Of a stretch of DNA of 57,050 nucleotides, positions 10,054-19,423 are shown piece by piece. Under the pieces are notes generated by a model that made no database searches, was not told where the DNA came from, and saw only the letters and a list, made by a program, of their open reading frames with translations. Both the position numbers and the translations under genes were made by a program. The stretch's first letter is position 1. Each line of letters opens with the position of its first letter. The DNA comes from a candidate division WWE3 bacterium (GTDB taxonomy: Bacteria > Patescibacteriota > 4484-211 > GCA-002791395): positions 146,516 through 203,565 of the forward strand of contig JAAXWF010000002.1 in NCBI GenBank assembly GCA_013335095.1, in the 5' to 3' direction.

Positions 10054-11103
10054 ATGGACCGGAAAGATATAGGCCTAATTGCCTTAATTCTCTTGATTAT
10101 TGGAGGGAGTGTTGTAGGTATTAATTGGTGGTATCAAGCCAACGTAGATGCAAAATCAGTAACTATCTATGTATCTGAATCAAAAAACGTGGCCCAACCA
10201 ATTTTGGATGACTTTGAAAATGCAACTGGAATAAAGGTACATGCAATATACGATTCGGACAATTCCATTTCACTGACAGATAAACTAATTGATGATAAAG
10301 AGCATCCACGAGCTGATTTATATTGGAATTCAGAGGTATCAAGGACAATAAAACTTAAACAGGAAGGTGTTCTTCAAAAGTACAAACCAGAACAATATAA
10401 TGCCTTAGATCCTTCATATAAAGATCCTGAAGGATACTGGACCGCAGTTACCGGCCACGCACGGGTATTCATTATCAACAATACCGTATTATCAGAAAAA
10501 GAAATTCCTCATAGTCTGCTGGATCTAATCAATACCAAATTTGCTGATCATATTATTGCAACTGACCCGCGCAATCTGTATACGCAATTACACTATGCAA
10601 CACTTTTTTCAGTATTGGGACCTGTTCCTGCACAAGACTTATTGTTTACATTAAAACGATATGGCTTACTGACGGTACAAACAGATGACGAAGTCATTGA
10701 TAGTGTTTTAAATGGAAATGCGTGGATTGGAATAGTAAATTCTGATGTTGCACTATCTGCTCAAAATAAGCATAAAGAACTCATGGTACGATACCCTGAT
10801 CAAGGAACAAAAGAGATGGGTACACTAATCATACCGAGTACGCTTGGCCTTATACAACATGCTCGACATCAAGAAAATGCACAAAGATTATATAACTTCA
10901 TTGTATCCCCTTCGACAGCATCACGATTAGCACAAGGGGAGTTACCGCATATACCGTTGCTGACAGAGGCATCGACATCAAATACTCTGGTTGATCTTAA
11001 TACAATTCGAACGGCTGACGTTCAATGGGAAAGTGTGTATGAAAGCATTCCTTCAATGCTACTTTTTTATAAGGAACTGATGGTAACAACCCCCCCAAAA
11101 TGA
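10054..11103 (+). CDS. ABC transporter substrate-binding protein, Fe(3+)/thiamine (FbpA/ThiB) type.
   Basis: After an N-terminal TM/signal segment, the body looks like a family-1 solute-binding protein (VTIYVSESKNVAQPILDDFENATGIKV...DLYWNSE). It sits in an operon with a two-module permease and an ATPase. I prefer the ATG at 10054 over the TTG at 10015 used in the ORF track. Confidence 0.75.
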   Translation: MDRKDIGLIALILLIIGGSVVGINWWYQANVDAKSVTIYVSESKNVAQPILDDFENATGIKVHAIYDSDNSISLTDKLIDDKEHPRADLYWNSEVSRTIKLKQEGVLQKYKPEQYNALDPSYKDPEGYWTAVTGHARVFIINNTVLSEKEIPHSLLDLINTKFADHIIATDPRNLYTQLHYATLFSVLGPVPAQDLLFTLKRYGLLTVQTDDEVIDSVLNGNAWIGIVNSDVALSAQNKHKELMVRYPDQGTKEMGTLIIPSTLGLIQHARHQENAQRLYNFIVSPSTASRLAQGELPHIPLLTEASTSNTLVDLNTIRTADVQWESVYESIPSMLLFYKELMVTTPPK

Positions 11104-12557
11104 ATATCTCTAGCATATTACTTTCAACAAAGGAACTAAGCGCTCTGACAAACTCGCTTACAATAGCCGGTTGGGTTGCAATAATTACCACATTAATAGC
11201 CCTCCCACTCGCAATAGCGATAACGACATGGAATGTTAAAGCGAGCAATTTCATTCGCAACATTCTAATGATCCCACTTTTTATTCCCCCGTATGTTCAT
11301 GCCCTTACTTGGATAAATGCTATTTATCTACTAATAAAGTTTGACGTAGCACAATACAACCTATTAACAGCCATGCGATCTGTTCCAGGATCAATTATTA
11401 TTTTAAGTATTAGTTATTTTCCACTGGCTTTTATGCTTATATCTCGCACCGCCGAAAAAATTCCGACCCAGCTCATTCATGCAGCGCGAATGACCCATTC
11501 AACATTGAGTATTATTACGCACATCATTTTGCCGCTCATTAAAGGATCGATAATTACGGCTGCACTACTAGTGTTTGTTCTAGCATTTAACACCTTTGAT
11601 GTCCCGGCTTATTTTGAAACAAATGTTTTTCTCACCGAAATATTTACCCAATTTAGTAGTAAATTTAATACACTTAAAGCACTACAGTTAAGTGCCGTAC
11701 CCTTTGTTATTTCGGCCGGATTATGGACGATGGCGTTATTAATCCCCAAAGAAACACCGTTTTATACCACATCTCAATTACGGGAAGGGACAAAACCCGA
11801 AGCGCCACAAGTAATTACCCGATCGATCAAGATAATTATTGTACTTTTTGCCATCATCGGCATTGGTATACCTTTATTTTCGATACTATTCGGGAGTATT
11901 TTGTTTAATCCCGTAATGCCTCAAGATATCCATAAGTTACAACCAGTTATCATTGATACGACGTTTATCACGATATTATCGAGTTTTGTCACGGTGATCA
12001 TGGGTATTGGCACCTACTTAATATTCTATCGGAATAAGATCGGGCGGATCACGCTATTATCGCTTTTAGCTGTACCTGCGATGACCTATGCTATTCTATT
12101 CATTACAGGCTTTAATCGCGCATCGCTTCAATGGATATATGGGAGTCCATTAGTTCTACTCGCGGCATATGGATTACGATTTTTACCAATTATAAGCGAG
12201 ATTATTTACGGTCACGTTCAATTTCTTAATCAACAGTTTCTACAGGCATCGCTGTTAGTTCGACCAATCGATTACATTAGTATCAGAAAGATTATACTTC
12301 CGTTGATGATGCCGGCACTGGTTATTGGATGGGGTATAGCATGGTGGTTAGCCGCATCGGAGCTACCGATCACACTACTCATTCAACCACCGGGATTTCA
12401 GACAATTACCAGCCGATTGTATATATTTTTACATTACGGATCCAAAGAACTCATGAATACCCTCACACTCTTATTGTTAGTTTTATGTTTTATACCAATT
12501 ATTATTGTCCAAAGTTTGGTACTATCAAAACAATCGAATGTCAAAAAACGCAATTAG
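11100..12557 (+). CDS. ABC transporter permease with duplicated 6-TM modules (FbpB/ThiP type).
   Basis: The 485-aa protein is a polytopic membrane protein. Its start forms an ATGA overlap with the upstream stop codon. Its size and position between the binding protein and the ATPase fit this role. Confidence 0.85.
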   Translation: MNISSILLSTKELSALTNSLTIAGWVAIITTLIALPLAIAITTWNVKASNFIRNILMIPLFIPPYVHALTWINAIYLLIKFDVAQYNLLTAMRSVPGSIIILSISYFPLAFMLISRTAEKIPTQLIHAARMTHSTLSIITHIILPLIKGSIITAALLVFVLAFNTFDVPAYFETNVFLTEIFTQFSSKFNTLKALQLSAVPFVISAGLWTMALLIPKETPFYTTSQLREGTKPEAPQVITRSIKIIIVLFAIIGIGIPLFSILFGSILFNPVMPQDIHKLQPVIIDTTFITILSSFVTVIMGIGTYLIFYRNKIGRITLLSLLAVPAMTYAILFITGFNRASLQWIYGSPLVLLAAYGLRFLPIISEIIYGHVQFLNQQFLQASLLVRPIDYISIRKIILPLMMPALVIGWGIAWWLAASELPITLLIQPPGFQTITSRLYIFLHYGSKELMNTLTLLLLVLCFIPIIIVQSLVLSKQSNVKKRN

Positions 12558-13209
12558 CATTAAAAACTTAACCTACGAAATAAACGGGACGACCATATTA
12601 CAAGGAGCTTCAATTGATATTGGCGAAAAAGAACTAGTCAGTATTAAAGGCCCATCAGGATGTGGCAAAACAACGCTACTTTCAATAATTGCTGGATTAA
12701 CTACGCCGCAAAGTGGGGAAATTAGTATCTTTAATCAAAAGGCCAACACGCCCCACATAGTATTACCACCGTATAAACGTTCAATCGGGTTACTATTTCA
12801 AGACCTTGCCTTATGGCCCCATATGAGTGGATATGATCAACTTAAATACGTTTTTGAATCGACCTCTAATAGTAGTAACGACTTTGAGCGACGAATGAGT
12901 GAAACATGCGAACGAATTGGCTTACCAAAAGAGTTGTTAGAAAAACGCCCGTCTCAATTATCTCGCGGACAACAACAACGCCTAGCCATTGCCCGTGCAG
13001 TTATTCACCATCCTAAGATTCTACTCCTTGATGAACCACTAACTGCATTAGATCAAGATCTACGGCAACAGTTTGCAACGTTCCTAGCCACACTTAAAAA
13101 TGAAGCTCAAACCACGATCGTTATAGTATCCCATGATTTACTGCCAGATATCGTAAAACCAGACCACGAGTACCTTTACTCAAACGAGAAACTCATAAAA
13201 AATTTCTAG
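12538..13209 (+). CDS. ABC transporter ATP-binding protein.
   Basis: It carries Walker A (GPSGCGKTT), the ABC signature (LSRGQQQRLAIARA) and Walker B (LLLDEPL). I prefer the ATG at 12538 over the TTG at 12505. Confidence 0.9.
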   Translation: MSKNAISIKNLTYEINGTTILQGASIDIGEKELVSIKGPSGCGKTTLLSIIAGLTTPQSGEISIFNQKANTPHIVLPPYKRSIGLLFQDLALWPHMSGYDQLKYVFESTSNSSNDFERRMSETCERIGLPKELLEKRPSQLSRGQQQRLAIARAVIHHPKILLLDEPLTALDQDLRQQFATFLATLKNEAQTTIVIVSHDLLPDIVKPDHEYLYSNEKLIKNF

Positions 13210-13216
13210 GAGAAAT

Positions 13217-13252
13217 AAAAAAACCCCGCCCAAGATTAACTTGAGCGAGGCG
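13217..13252 (-). terminator. GC-rich imperfect hairpin plus T-run (read on the minus strand) after gene 13275..13676.
   Basis: The minus-strand sequence is CGCCTCGCTCAAG-TTAAT-CTTGGGCGGGG followed by TTTTTTT. Confidence 0.5.
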
Positions 13253-13274
13253 ATAACTTTTAACGCCAGTCGAA

Positions 13275-13676
13275 CTATTCGACAGGCACCAGACAAACGC
13301 CGAGACGATACCGGCGATTATCTTCCCGCACCCCTAGGGAAATCTCCCGGAGAGTACGCACGACGATGCCGCCGGACCGACTCTGATCAGATGGCCACGC
13401 GGCAACGACCAGATCCTCAAGCATGACGACCTCAGCAGTTAGCTGGGCGTTCGCCTCGGCTTGGGCAGTTAGTGGCCCCTGAGCCTCGACGACCTTCTGC
13501 ATAAGAATAGGCCGAGCCTTGGTAATCGCGTCAGTGCGATTGCGGCCTAGGACATAGGTCTGGGACCCAATATCGGACGGCCCATCCACAGTGCTAATTC
13601 GGGATGAAAAGGTTACCCGCCAGACAAATTCCCCATCCGGGGTTGGCGTACTCGCAACCGGTTCTCGTGTAGTCAT
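13275..13676 (-). CDS. Hypothetical protein (133 aa) in a G+C-rich island.
   Basis: The ORF is preceded by CAGGAG 8 nt before the ATG and by a TATAAT box further upstream. Two 60-nt lines inside it gave about 53% and 65% G+C by hand count. I recognise no family. Confidence 0.6.
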   Translation of the reverse strand: MTTREPVASTPTPDGEFVWRVTFSSRISTVDGPSDIGSQTYVLGRNRTDAITKARPILMQKVVEAQGPLTAQAEANAQLTAEVVMLEDLVVAAWPSDQSRSGGIVVRTLREISLGVREDNRRYRLGVCLVPVE

Positions 13677-13739
13677 AAATTTGACTCCTGTAAGGTACCT
13701 CCAGCCAGTAAGACCTGTTAATTATACTATATATGTAAA

Positions 13740-15086
13740 TTATTCGACAAATAATCCCGAAGAGACGGTATCAGTCACGAATTTAGTTTCAGAATCGGTA
13801 TCGGTACCATTTAATTGAGCTTCAAATCCATCACGAGAGGTGATCATAATTTCGGTATCGGCTAGTTCTCCCGAGACACTTGGGCGTTTGATTATATAAA
13901 ATGTCGCCCCCGCAGCTGTTCGAGATCTATTAATCCTAAGGGCATTGTCATTACGAGCATCGGCTAAGGTGGCCATATCTTCATCGCTTATAACGACGAG
14001 AAGATCAATATCTGACGGATCCTCGGCATCAATACTACGCGGACGGAGTTCCTTTCGTGCGGCCGATCCGGTTAACATAATGGATAAGATATGTGATACA
14101 CCAAGAGCCGCGACATCTTTACGTGCCTGAGCGATTTCTTGTGAAATCAAATCATAATGTTCATAGTCAGACATCTCTGATTCAAAGGTACGTTCAACAA
14201 CTGTTTCATTAGTTCCTTCTAAATCCTCATTGGTATGAGGAGAGTCTCCCCATAACTCTTCTCTCACCATCGCCATTCGAAAGGCTTCAGGGTCATGAGG
14301 ATATTCGTTAAGAGTTTCGGTTACTTGGGCTAAATCAGCTTGAGCATCAGCTCCACCATATACTTCTAAAGATGCCGCACGCAATGCAACTTGTCGATAA
14401 TTTGCCGAAGTTTGCGCCGGTGTACATCCGCGCATATGGGATTGCATGCGATCTCTAAACGCCTGGAGCCGACTGTTTGAAGCATCTTCGGATAAATCGA
14501 CACCCTCTAGAGTACTTAAATATTTTGTTAACGAATCTCGTTGGCGTTCAAAGGCCCGTTGAGTTTCGGGGGAATGATTTTTTTGTTTTAGTGTATTAAT
14601 TCGTAACGTCAATGCATCATACGTAGCGATTAAATCCCCTGTTCGAACCTGTTCACCTTTTTGGTCAGGGTTCATTAGGGACGTAAACGATTCATTCGAT
14701 GAGCTTGTATCAGATGTTTGCTCAGCGGTATTTCTTTGATCCATTCGTTCAAGTGTTGTCCAAATTTTCTCTTTCGCGGTAGGGTAATTGGGATCACATC
14801 GATCAATTCCATATAACCAGATGCCAACAGAACCATATGGGTCATCTGCGTTGGATTCCTTTTCTTTAGACTCAACGGTCGTCCCAGAAGATTGCCCTGC
14901 GTCAGTCTCGGTTATGTCGGGTAATTTTTCGACACCAGCCATTTTTTCTGCGGTAGTTAAAAAGTCGACGGTATCATGGACAATTTGCTGTGCTTGTCCT
15001 TCAACCTTATGAATATCATCTGGACCAACGGGGGGCTTTTCGTTTTTTAAGGTCTCAGATCGTTCAATTTGATTTGTTTCGGCCAT
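13740..15086 (-). CDS. Acidic cytoplasmic protein with a C-terminal minimal nucleotidyltransferase (Pol-beta superfamily) fold.
   Basis: The stretch ...IMLTGSAARKELRPRSIDAEDPSDIDLLVVISDE... matches the GS-x(n)-DxD signature of MNT-type nucleotidyltransferases. The first ~330 aa are unrecognised, helical and acidic. Confidence 0.6.
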   Translation of the reverse strand: MAETNQIERSETLKNEKPPVGPDDIHKVEGQAQQIVHDTVDFLTTAEKMAGVEKLPDITETDAGQSSGTTVESKEKESNADDPYGSVGIWLYGIDRCDPNYPTAKEKIWTTLERMDQRNTAEQTSDTSSSNESFTSLMNPDQKGEQVRTGDLIATYDALTLRINTLKQKNHSPETQRAFERQRDSLTKYLSTLEGVDLSEDASNSRLQAFRDRMQSHMRGCTPAQTSANYRQVALRAASLEVYGGADAQADLAQVTETLNEYPHDPEAFRMAMVREELWGDSPHTNEDLEGTNETVVERTFESEMSDYEHYDLISQEIAQARKDVAALGVSHILSIMLTGSAARKELRPRSIDAEDPSDIDLLVVISDEDMATLADARNDNALRINRSRTAAGATFYIIKRPSVSGELADTEIMITSRDGFEAQLNGTDTDSETKFVTDTVSSGLFVE

Positions 15087-15092
15087 ATTATT

Positions 15093-15368
15093 CTATAATG
15101 CTTGCAGTTTTCTGAGCACTTCTGCCAATGCTTCTTCATCGTGATGTTTTTGAATATCTTCCATAATAGTAAGTGCCTTTTCTTTTATATGTTGCAGCTC
15201 GGACCCGAGTTCACTGTATTCGCCTTGAACTAAAGCATATATTTGCTCATTGGTAAGAGTTTGATTATTGGTCGTTTCGGAATATTTATTTCGAAATTCA
15301 TCTAATGCAATTTTTAATTCACGCTCGAGGTCATGAAGAGCTGGTGCGTAAGAGACATCCTGTTCCAT
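15093..15368 (-). CDS. Small helical hypothetical protein (91 aa) immediately upstream of the nucleotidyltransferase-domain gene.
   Basis: The ORF ends 6 nt before the next gene's start on the same strand. I recognise no motif, and there is no Rx4-6H HEPN motif. Confidence 0.45.
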   Translation of the reverse strand: MEQDVSYAPALHDLERELKIALDEFRNKYSETTNNQTLTNEQIYALVQGEYSELGSELQHIKEKALTIMEDIQKHHDEEALAEVLRKLQAL

Positions 15369-15415
15369 AGCTATTATTTATTGTAATACATGTATGCACC
15401 AATCGTTAAGCAGGA

Positions 15416-17617
15416 TTATTGCTGGTACTGACCAACTAAAATACCCAGATCAAAAATATTTACCACACTGTCGTTATTAATATCGCAACGTTTCACTAAA
15501 TCAGAACTATTTGAATCAATTGTTGCCCCGTAATTAGCAGCTAAGATTCCAAGATCAAAAACATTGACGATTCCGTCTAGATTTATATCAGCACTAAAAG
15601 GAATAGGGGTAGCGGTAGGAGTAGGCGTTAGTGAAATTGTCGTCGGTGTAGGGGTGGTGGTTGGTGTTGGCGATATCGAACCAGATTCAATCATAAGAGA
15701 AACATTATCAAACGCAAAATCTCCCGATGACAAAAAGGTAATCCGCAAGCGTGCATCGTTAGTAGAACCTGTAAATCCCGAAGTACTAAACGTTGTTTCA
15801 TAATGCTGCCAACTAGCAGATAAACTCGGTTGGTAATGGGATAATCCATAATTTGAATATGGTGAAGTATGCTTATGAATATTCACATCAATCGAACCAT
15901 TTGATGACGACAGAGCATCAAACGATAATGTATATCTTGTCGCTGCAGAAAGGGTTATTCCAGTCTGATATAGCTGAGTATTTGTACCTGCATTCGCCAC
16001 CGTAATATGACCCGCATCGCCAGACATACCCGGAGTAGCAACGGTAAACTCACCAGTGCCATCGGTATAAAATGTCCAATCATTAGAACCATTGGTAAAG
16101 CCTCCATTCTGTATCACACTAGTTGAAGAGGCAGGAGTAGGGGTCGGAGTGAAACCAAGCGGAATTAGAGATGGAGTTGGTGTTGGAGTCAAACCTGAAG
16201 GATGAGACAGATCCGCACCGACTGAACCTTGAAAACCATAATTTTGGTTTATAAAAGGAGATGAACTCTTTAATCGGAAGTCATCTGGATTGGAACCTGA
16301 TGTATTTACGAATTGGGGATCTCCCCAGACATTAGATCCAGACTGAATCCAAGAGGTGAACGAAGTTGTATTACCATTCCATGAAATTACTTGTGCAGAA
16401 GATCCTCTAGAGTCGAAAAGCACGTTATTATTAAAAACAGTATCATTGACATCAGCAATTGTAATCAGGTTTTTTTGGCGTGTTGTATACAAAATATTAT
16501 TTCGAAATACCGTATTACGATGGGCACCATTCGCGATTTTAATCATATCCTCTCCAGTATTTACAAATGTATTGTTCTCAATCGTCATATCATGAAGTCC
16601 GCTATCTCCTCCAATATAATTGAAAAACTTAAATGCACTTCGATCGACATTAACGATTAAATTATTCCTAAAAATATGACCTCTATTCCAGACAGGTTGT
16701 TTTTCTTCGTTTGTCCCCATACCAGAAGCACCAACTGATTCTATTACAAAATTATTTTCTATCGTGTTCCCATCTCCAAGAATGTAAATAGCTCCCGCGG
16801 TATTATTAGACATTGTGTTATATCCGACATAACAACCTCGAACATAACAACCGAGACCTTCACCAAAATTATCATGACTATAATTGTTAATAAATTTGGT
16901 ATTACTGCCGGATTCATTAGTACCATTGCCTGAGCTCATCGCGGCTGGCCACGCATTTCCGCCCTCATACCTATACTTTGCCGTATCATATATTTCATTA
17001 TCTCGAATTAACACGCCGATTTTATCTCGGGTATTAATCCCAGAATGCTGAAAATTATGTATTTTATTGCCAATAACTTCTCCATAATTACTATTAATTT
17101 GAATGCCGCGTCCTTGACCATTTTGTACAGTCAAATTTTTGAAGGTGACGTAATCAGCCCCATCGTCGGCCCAAACTAAACCACCATTTAGTCCGGTATT
17201 AACTTTATCTCCATCAATAATTGCCGTCTCACCAGGATATCCAGCAACAGTAATGCGAGCATTTGTAGTACCCGACTGAGTCACAACAACACGTTCACTA
17301 TATATTCCCGAACGTATATACAACGTATCACCAGCCGAAAGAGCACTTACTCCTTTAGCAATCGTTCGAAAAGGTGATGCGATTGAACCAGTATTGGAAT
17401 CTGATCCAGCAGTTGAAACATAGAATACTAAACCCGCCGCAGAAGATCTTGGTCGAGGATATAGACGTTCCAAAGCCGTTGGAAATGCTGTTACAATAAC
17501 AAAAAACAGTACGACTAGGATGCTCGATAACGCAAAAAATACTTTTAAATATAACGGTTTTTGGGCAAAATTAAATTGTTTTTCAAACAAATAATTAGAT
17601 TGCATAAAAATTAACAA
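15416..17617 (-). CDS. Membrane-anchored beta-helix (pectate-lyase-fold) protein with a CBM4/9-like module, PT linkers and a C-terminal dockerin.
   Basis: It has a TM helix followed by beta-helix turns (IRDNEIYD, FINNYSHDNFGEG, IENNFVIE, FRNNLIVN, IENNTFVN, FRNNILYT, FNNNVLFD). The CBM module at 15692-16120 is paralogous to 3961-4587 and 7377-8015. The dockerin repeats are DINLDGIVNVFDLGILAANY and DINNDSVVNIFDLGILVGQY. The first in-frame ATG is at 17605; the ORF track starts at the TTG at 17617. Confidence 0.8.
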   Translation of the reverse strand: MLIFMQSNYLFEKQFNFAQKPLYLKVFFALSSILVVLFFVIVTAFPTALERLYPRPRSSAAGLVFYVSTAGSDSNTGSIASPFRTIAKGVSALSAGDTLYIRSGIYSERVVVTQSGTTNARITVAGYPGETAIIDGDKVNTGLNGGLVWADDGADYVTFKNLTVQNGQGRGIQINSNYGEVIGNKIHNFQHSGINTRDKIGVLIRDNEIYDTAKYRYEGGNAWPAAMSSGNGTNESGSNTKFINNYSHDNFGEGLGCYVRGCYVGYNTMSNNTAGAIYILGDGNTIENNFVIESVGASGMGTNEEKQPVWNRGHIFRNNLIVNVDRSAFKFFNYIGGDSGLHDMTIENNTFVNTGEDMIKIANGAHRNTVFRNNILYTTRQKNLITIADVNDTVFNNNVLFDSRGSSAQVISWNGNTTSFTSWIQSGSNVWGDPQFVNTSGSNPDDFRLKSSSPFINQNYGFQGSVGADLSHPSGLTPTPTPSLIPLGFTPTPTPASSTSVIQNGGFTNGSNDWTFYTDGTGEFTVATPGMSGDAGHITVANAGTNTQLYQTGITLSAATRYTLSFDALSSSNGSIDVNIHKHTSPYSNYGLSHYQPSLSASWQHYETTFSTSGFTGSTNDARLRITFLSSGDFAFDNVSLMIESGSISPTPTTTPTPTTISLTPTPTATPIPFSADINLDGIVNVFDLGILAANYGATIDSNSSDLVKRCDINNDSVVNIFDLGILVGQYQQ

Positions 17618-17662
17618 CTCAAATAGAAACTAAATCAATGTTATAGTTAATTTATACACTAT

Positions 17663-18382
17663 ATGACGCCTAAAAAGTACGAATCAGTAGCATCACATGA
17701 GCAGGAACCTCGACTTAAAACAAGCATTAGGCCAGCAGCTATTGAGGATGTCGATTTCATATTCTCTCTGGATGAACAGGCACGAATAGCATCAATTGGT
17801 CAAGGATATTCACCCGAACGAATGCACGAAGTAAAGACTGATATCACCGAAAAACTGGTAAATCCTCGTTATGCTACCGAAATAATTATGTGCGAAAATA
17901 CACCCGCAGGCATGGTTATGTCGGATAATGAACCAGATCCAATTGATCCATCAAATATTGTAATACCTAAAGATGGCACCATTGCGATGACAACAGAAGA
18001 TGTCGCGGATCTATTATCCGATAAGGCAGGAGTAAGTAATCGCAAACATATACTTTCCTTAGCCCTTGATGAAAAATATAGGAACCAAGGAATTGGTAAA
18101 ACGGCCATGCAAGAACTACTTGCTGCAATAGACCCACAAGAATCTATAACAATAACGTTTGATACCGGCAGAAATAATGTACCAATGCAAAAGCTGGCTA
18201 AATATTTTGGATTTACCCTTGTCGGTTTAAATGAGGAGTCCGACGATGCGTATGGTGGAGAAAAGATTATTGGCGTATGGCATAGACCCTCAATCGCAGA
18301 GTTGCAGCGCCAGCAAGAAACTCGCAATCAATCAGAAGAAGCTGAAATAGATACTCTGAGGCAATCACTCGACGAAATTTGA
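17663..18382 (+). CDS. GNAT-family N-acetyltransferase.
   Basis: The acetyl-CoA binding motif region reads YRNQGIGKTAMQELL, and the ORF length fits the family. Confidence 0.7.
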   Translation: MTPKKYESVASHEQEPRLKTSIRPAAIEDVDFIFSLDEQARIASIGQGYSPERMHEVKTDITEKLVNPRYATEIIMCENTPAGMVMSDNEPDPIDPSNIVIPKDGTIAMTTEDVADLLSDKAGVSNRKHILSLALDEKYRNQGIGKTAMQELLAAIDPQESITITFDTGRNNVPMQKLAKYFGFTLVGLNEESDDAYGGEKIIGVWHRPSIAELQRQQETRNQSEEAEIDTLRQSLDEI

Positions 18383-18442
18383 TTCCAAGTAGTTGACTTT
18401 TTGCCCTTTATATCAAGCTCATTATATAATTACTGCTTAGAA

Positions 18443-19423
18443 ATGCTTAACTCATTATTAGAATTTAATCAAACCCCAATAATAGTTGGTATAACAATAC
18501 TACTATTATCTACCTTTATACATAGTATATTGGCAATTCCAATAATTCATACTCTGTATCATTATAAATTTTATAAGACGAAGTCGACCGAAGGTATCGA
18601 CGTGTCAAAACGAAACCCGTTGTGGTACGACCATTTTGGAAAAAGATTAGATACGCCATCAAGTTTTGGAGTAGTGTTATTTATACTGCTCATAATGTTT
18701 CTATCGATCTCCGTAAAATACGAAAGCGCTATAACAGTATGGATATTCGGAGGCGCCATTTTCTTTGGTATCTTAGGCTTATTAGACGACTGTATAAAAT
18801 ATTATTGGTATTTGATATATAAAGACTGGGGACTCTCTATCAAACACAAGTTACTAATGCAAGCAGTCGGGATTAGTTTATTTATCTATCTGATAAATGG
18901 ATCTACCAACGTAATAACCAGCATCTTAATAGTGGTGATGCTCCTCTTTTTCATTAACGCTTATAATATAACCGACGGTCTTGATGGCCTTATCGGATGG
19001 GTTAGTTTGATGGTATTGCCTGTGCTTGCGTATGCAGAATGGCAAACAGCTAAGGATTGGATCTTACTATACTTTTATGTCAGTATGATGGGATTTTTTA
19101 TTGTTTTTTTGTATTTCAACATAAAACCCGCCCGAGTATTACTTGGCGATGTCGGAACCATGACCATCGGATTTGTTATGTCGATAGCACTTATTCGCTA
19201 TCCGATTTGGCCAATAATAATTGCGTATAGCCTGATTTTAACCGAAGGCTTAAGCAGTTTATTACAAATAGTTTCAATTAAATTGTTTAAAAGGAAAATA
19301 TTACTAATTGCACCATTACATCTACATTTACTTAATAAAAACTGGGAGGATACAAAAATTGTTCAGCGTGCGCTATTAGCTCAAATTATATTGTCTTTAA
19401 TAGCAATTGTTTATCTTACATGA
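18443..19423 (+). CDS. mraY: Phospho-N-acetylmuramoyl-pentapeptide transferase.
   Basis: MraY hallmark motifs are present: LGLLDDCIKY, NAYNITDGLDGL, LGDVGTMTIGF and APLHLHLLNKNWEDTKIV. I prefer the ATG at 18443; the ORF track starts at the TTG at 18401. Confidence 0.85.
   Translation: MLNSLLEFNQTPIIVGITILLLSTFIHSILAIPIIHTLYHYKFYKTKSTEGIDVSKRNPLWYDHFGKRLDTPSSFGVVLFILLIMFLSISVKYESAITVWIFGGAIFFGILGLLDDCIKYYWYLIYKDWGLSIKHKLLMQAVGISLFIYLINGSTNVITSILIVVMLLFFINAYNITDGLDGLIGWVSLMVLPVLAYAEWQTAKDWILLYFYVSMMGFFIVFLYFNIKPARVLLGDVGTMTIGFVMSIALIRYPIWPIIIAYSLILTEGLSSLLQIVSIKLFKRKILLIAPLHLHLLNKNWEDTKIVQRALLAQIILSLIAIVYLT

Noticed and set aside
12505-12537. The ORF track gives upstream TTG starts at 12505, 10015, 18401 and 53491, and a long start at 39072.
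   Set aside because: In each case an in-frame ATG downstream gives a protein whose N-terminus matches the family or has a far better SD (38991). The extensions add residues with no similarity and create long overlaps with upstream genes.
17869-18327. A 152-aa minus-strand ORF lies inside the GNAT gene.
   Set aside because: The opposite-strand frame carries the GNAT motifs. This ORF has no motif, and its Ser/Cys/Ile-rich composition is typical of an antisense artefact.
11100-19423. I considered TGA reassignment (code 25 or code 4), because some candidate-phyla bacteria recode TGA.
   Set aside because: TGA ends well-supported genes at the expected length, for example in the ATGA stop/start overlaps at 11100-11103 and 19420-19423. 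Conserved-domain ORFs are not interrupted by in-frame TGA. The standard code fits.
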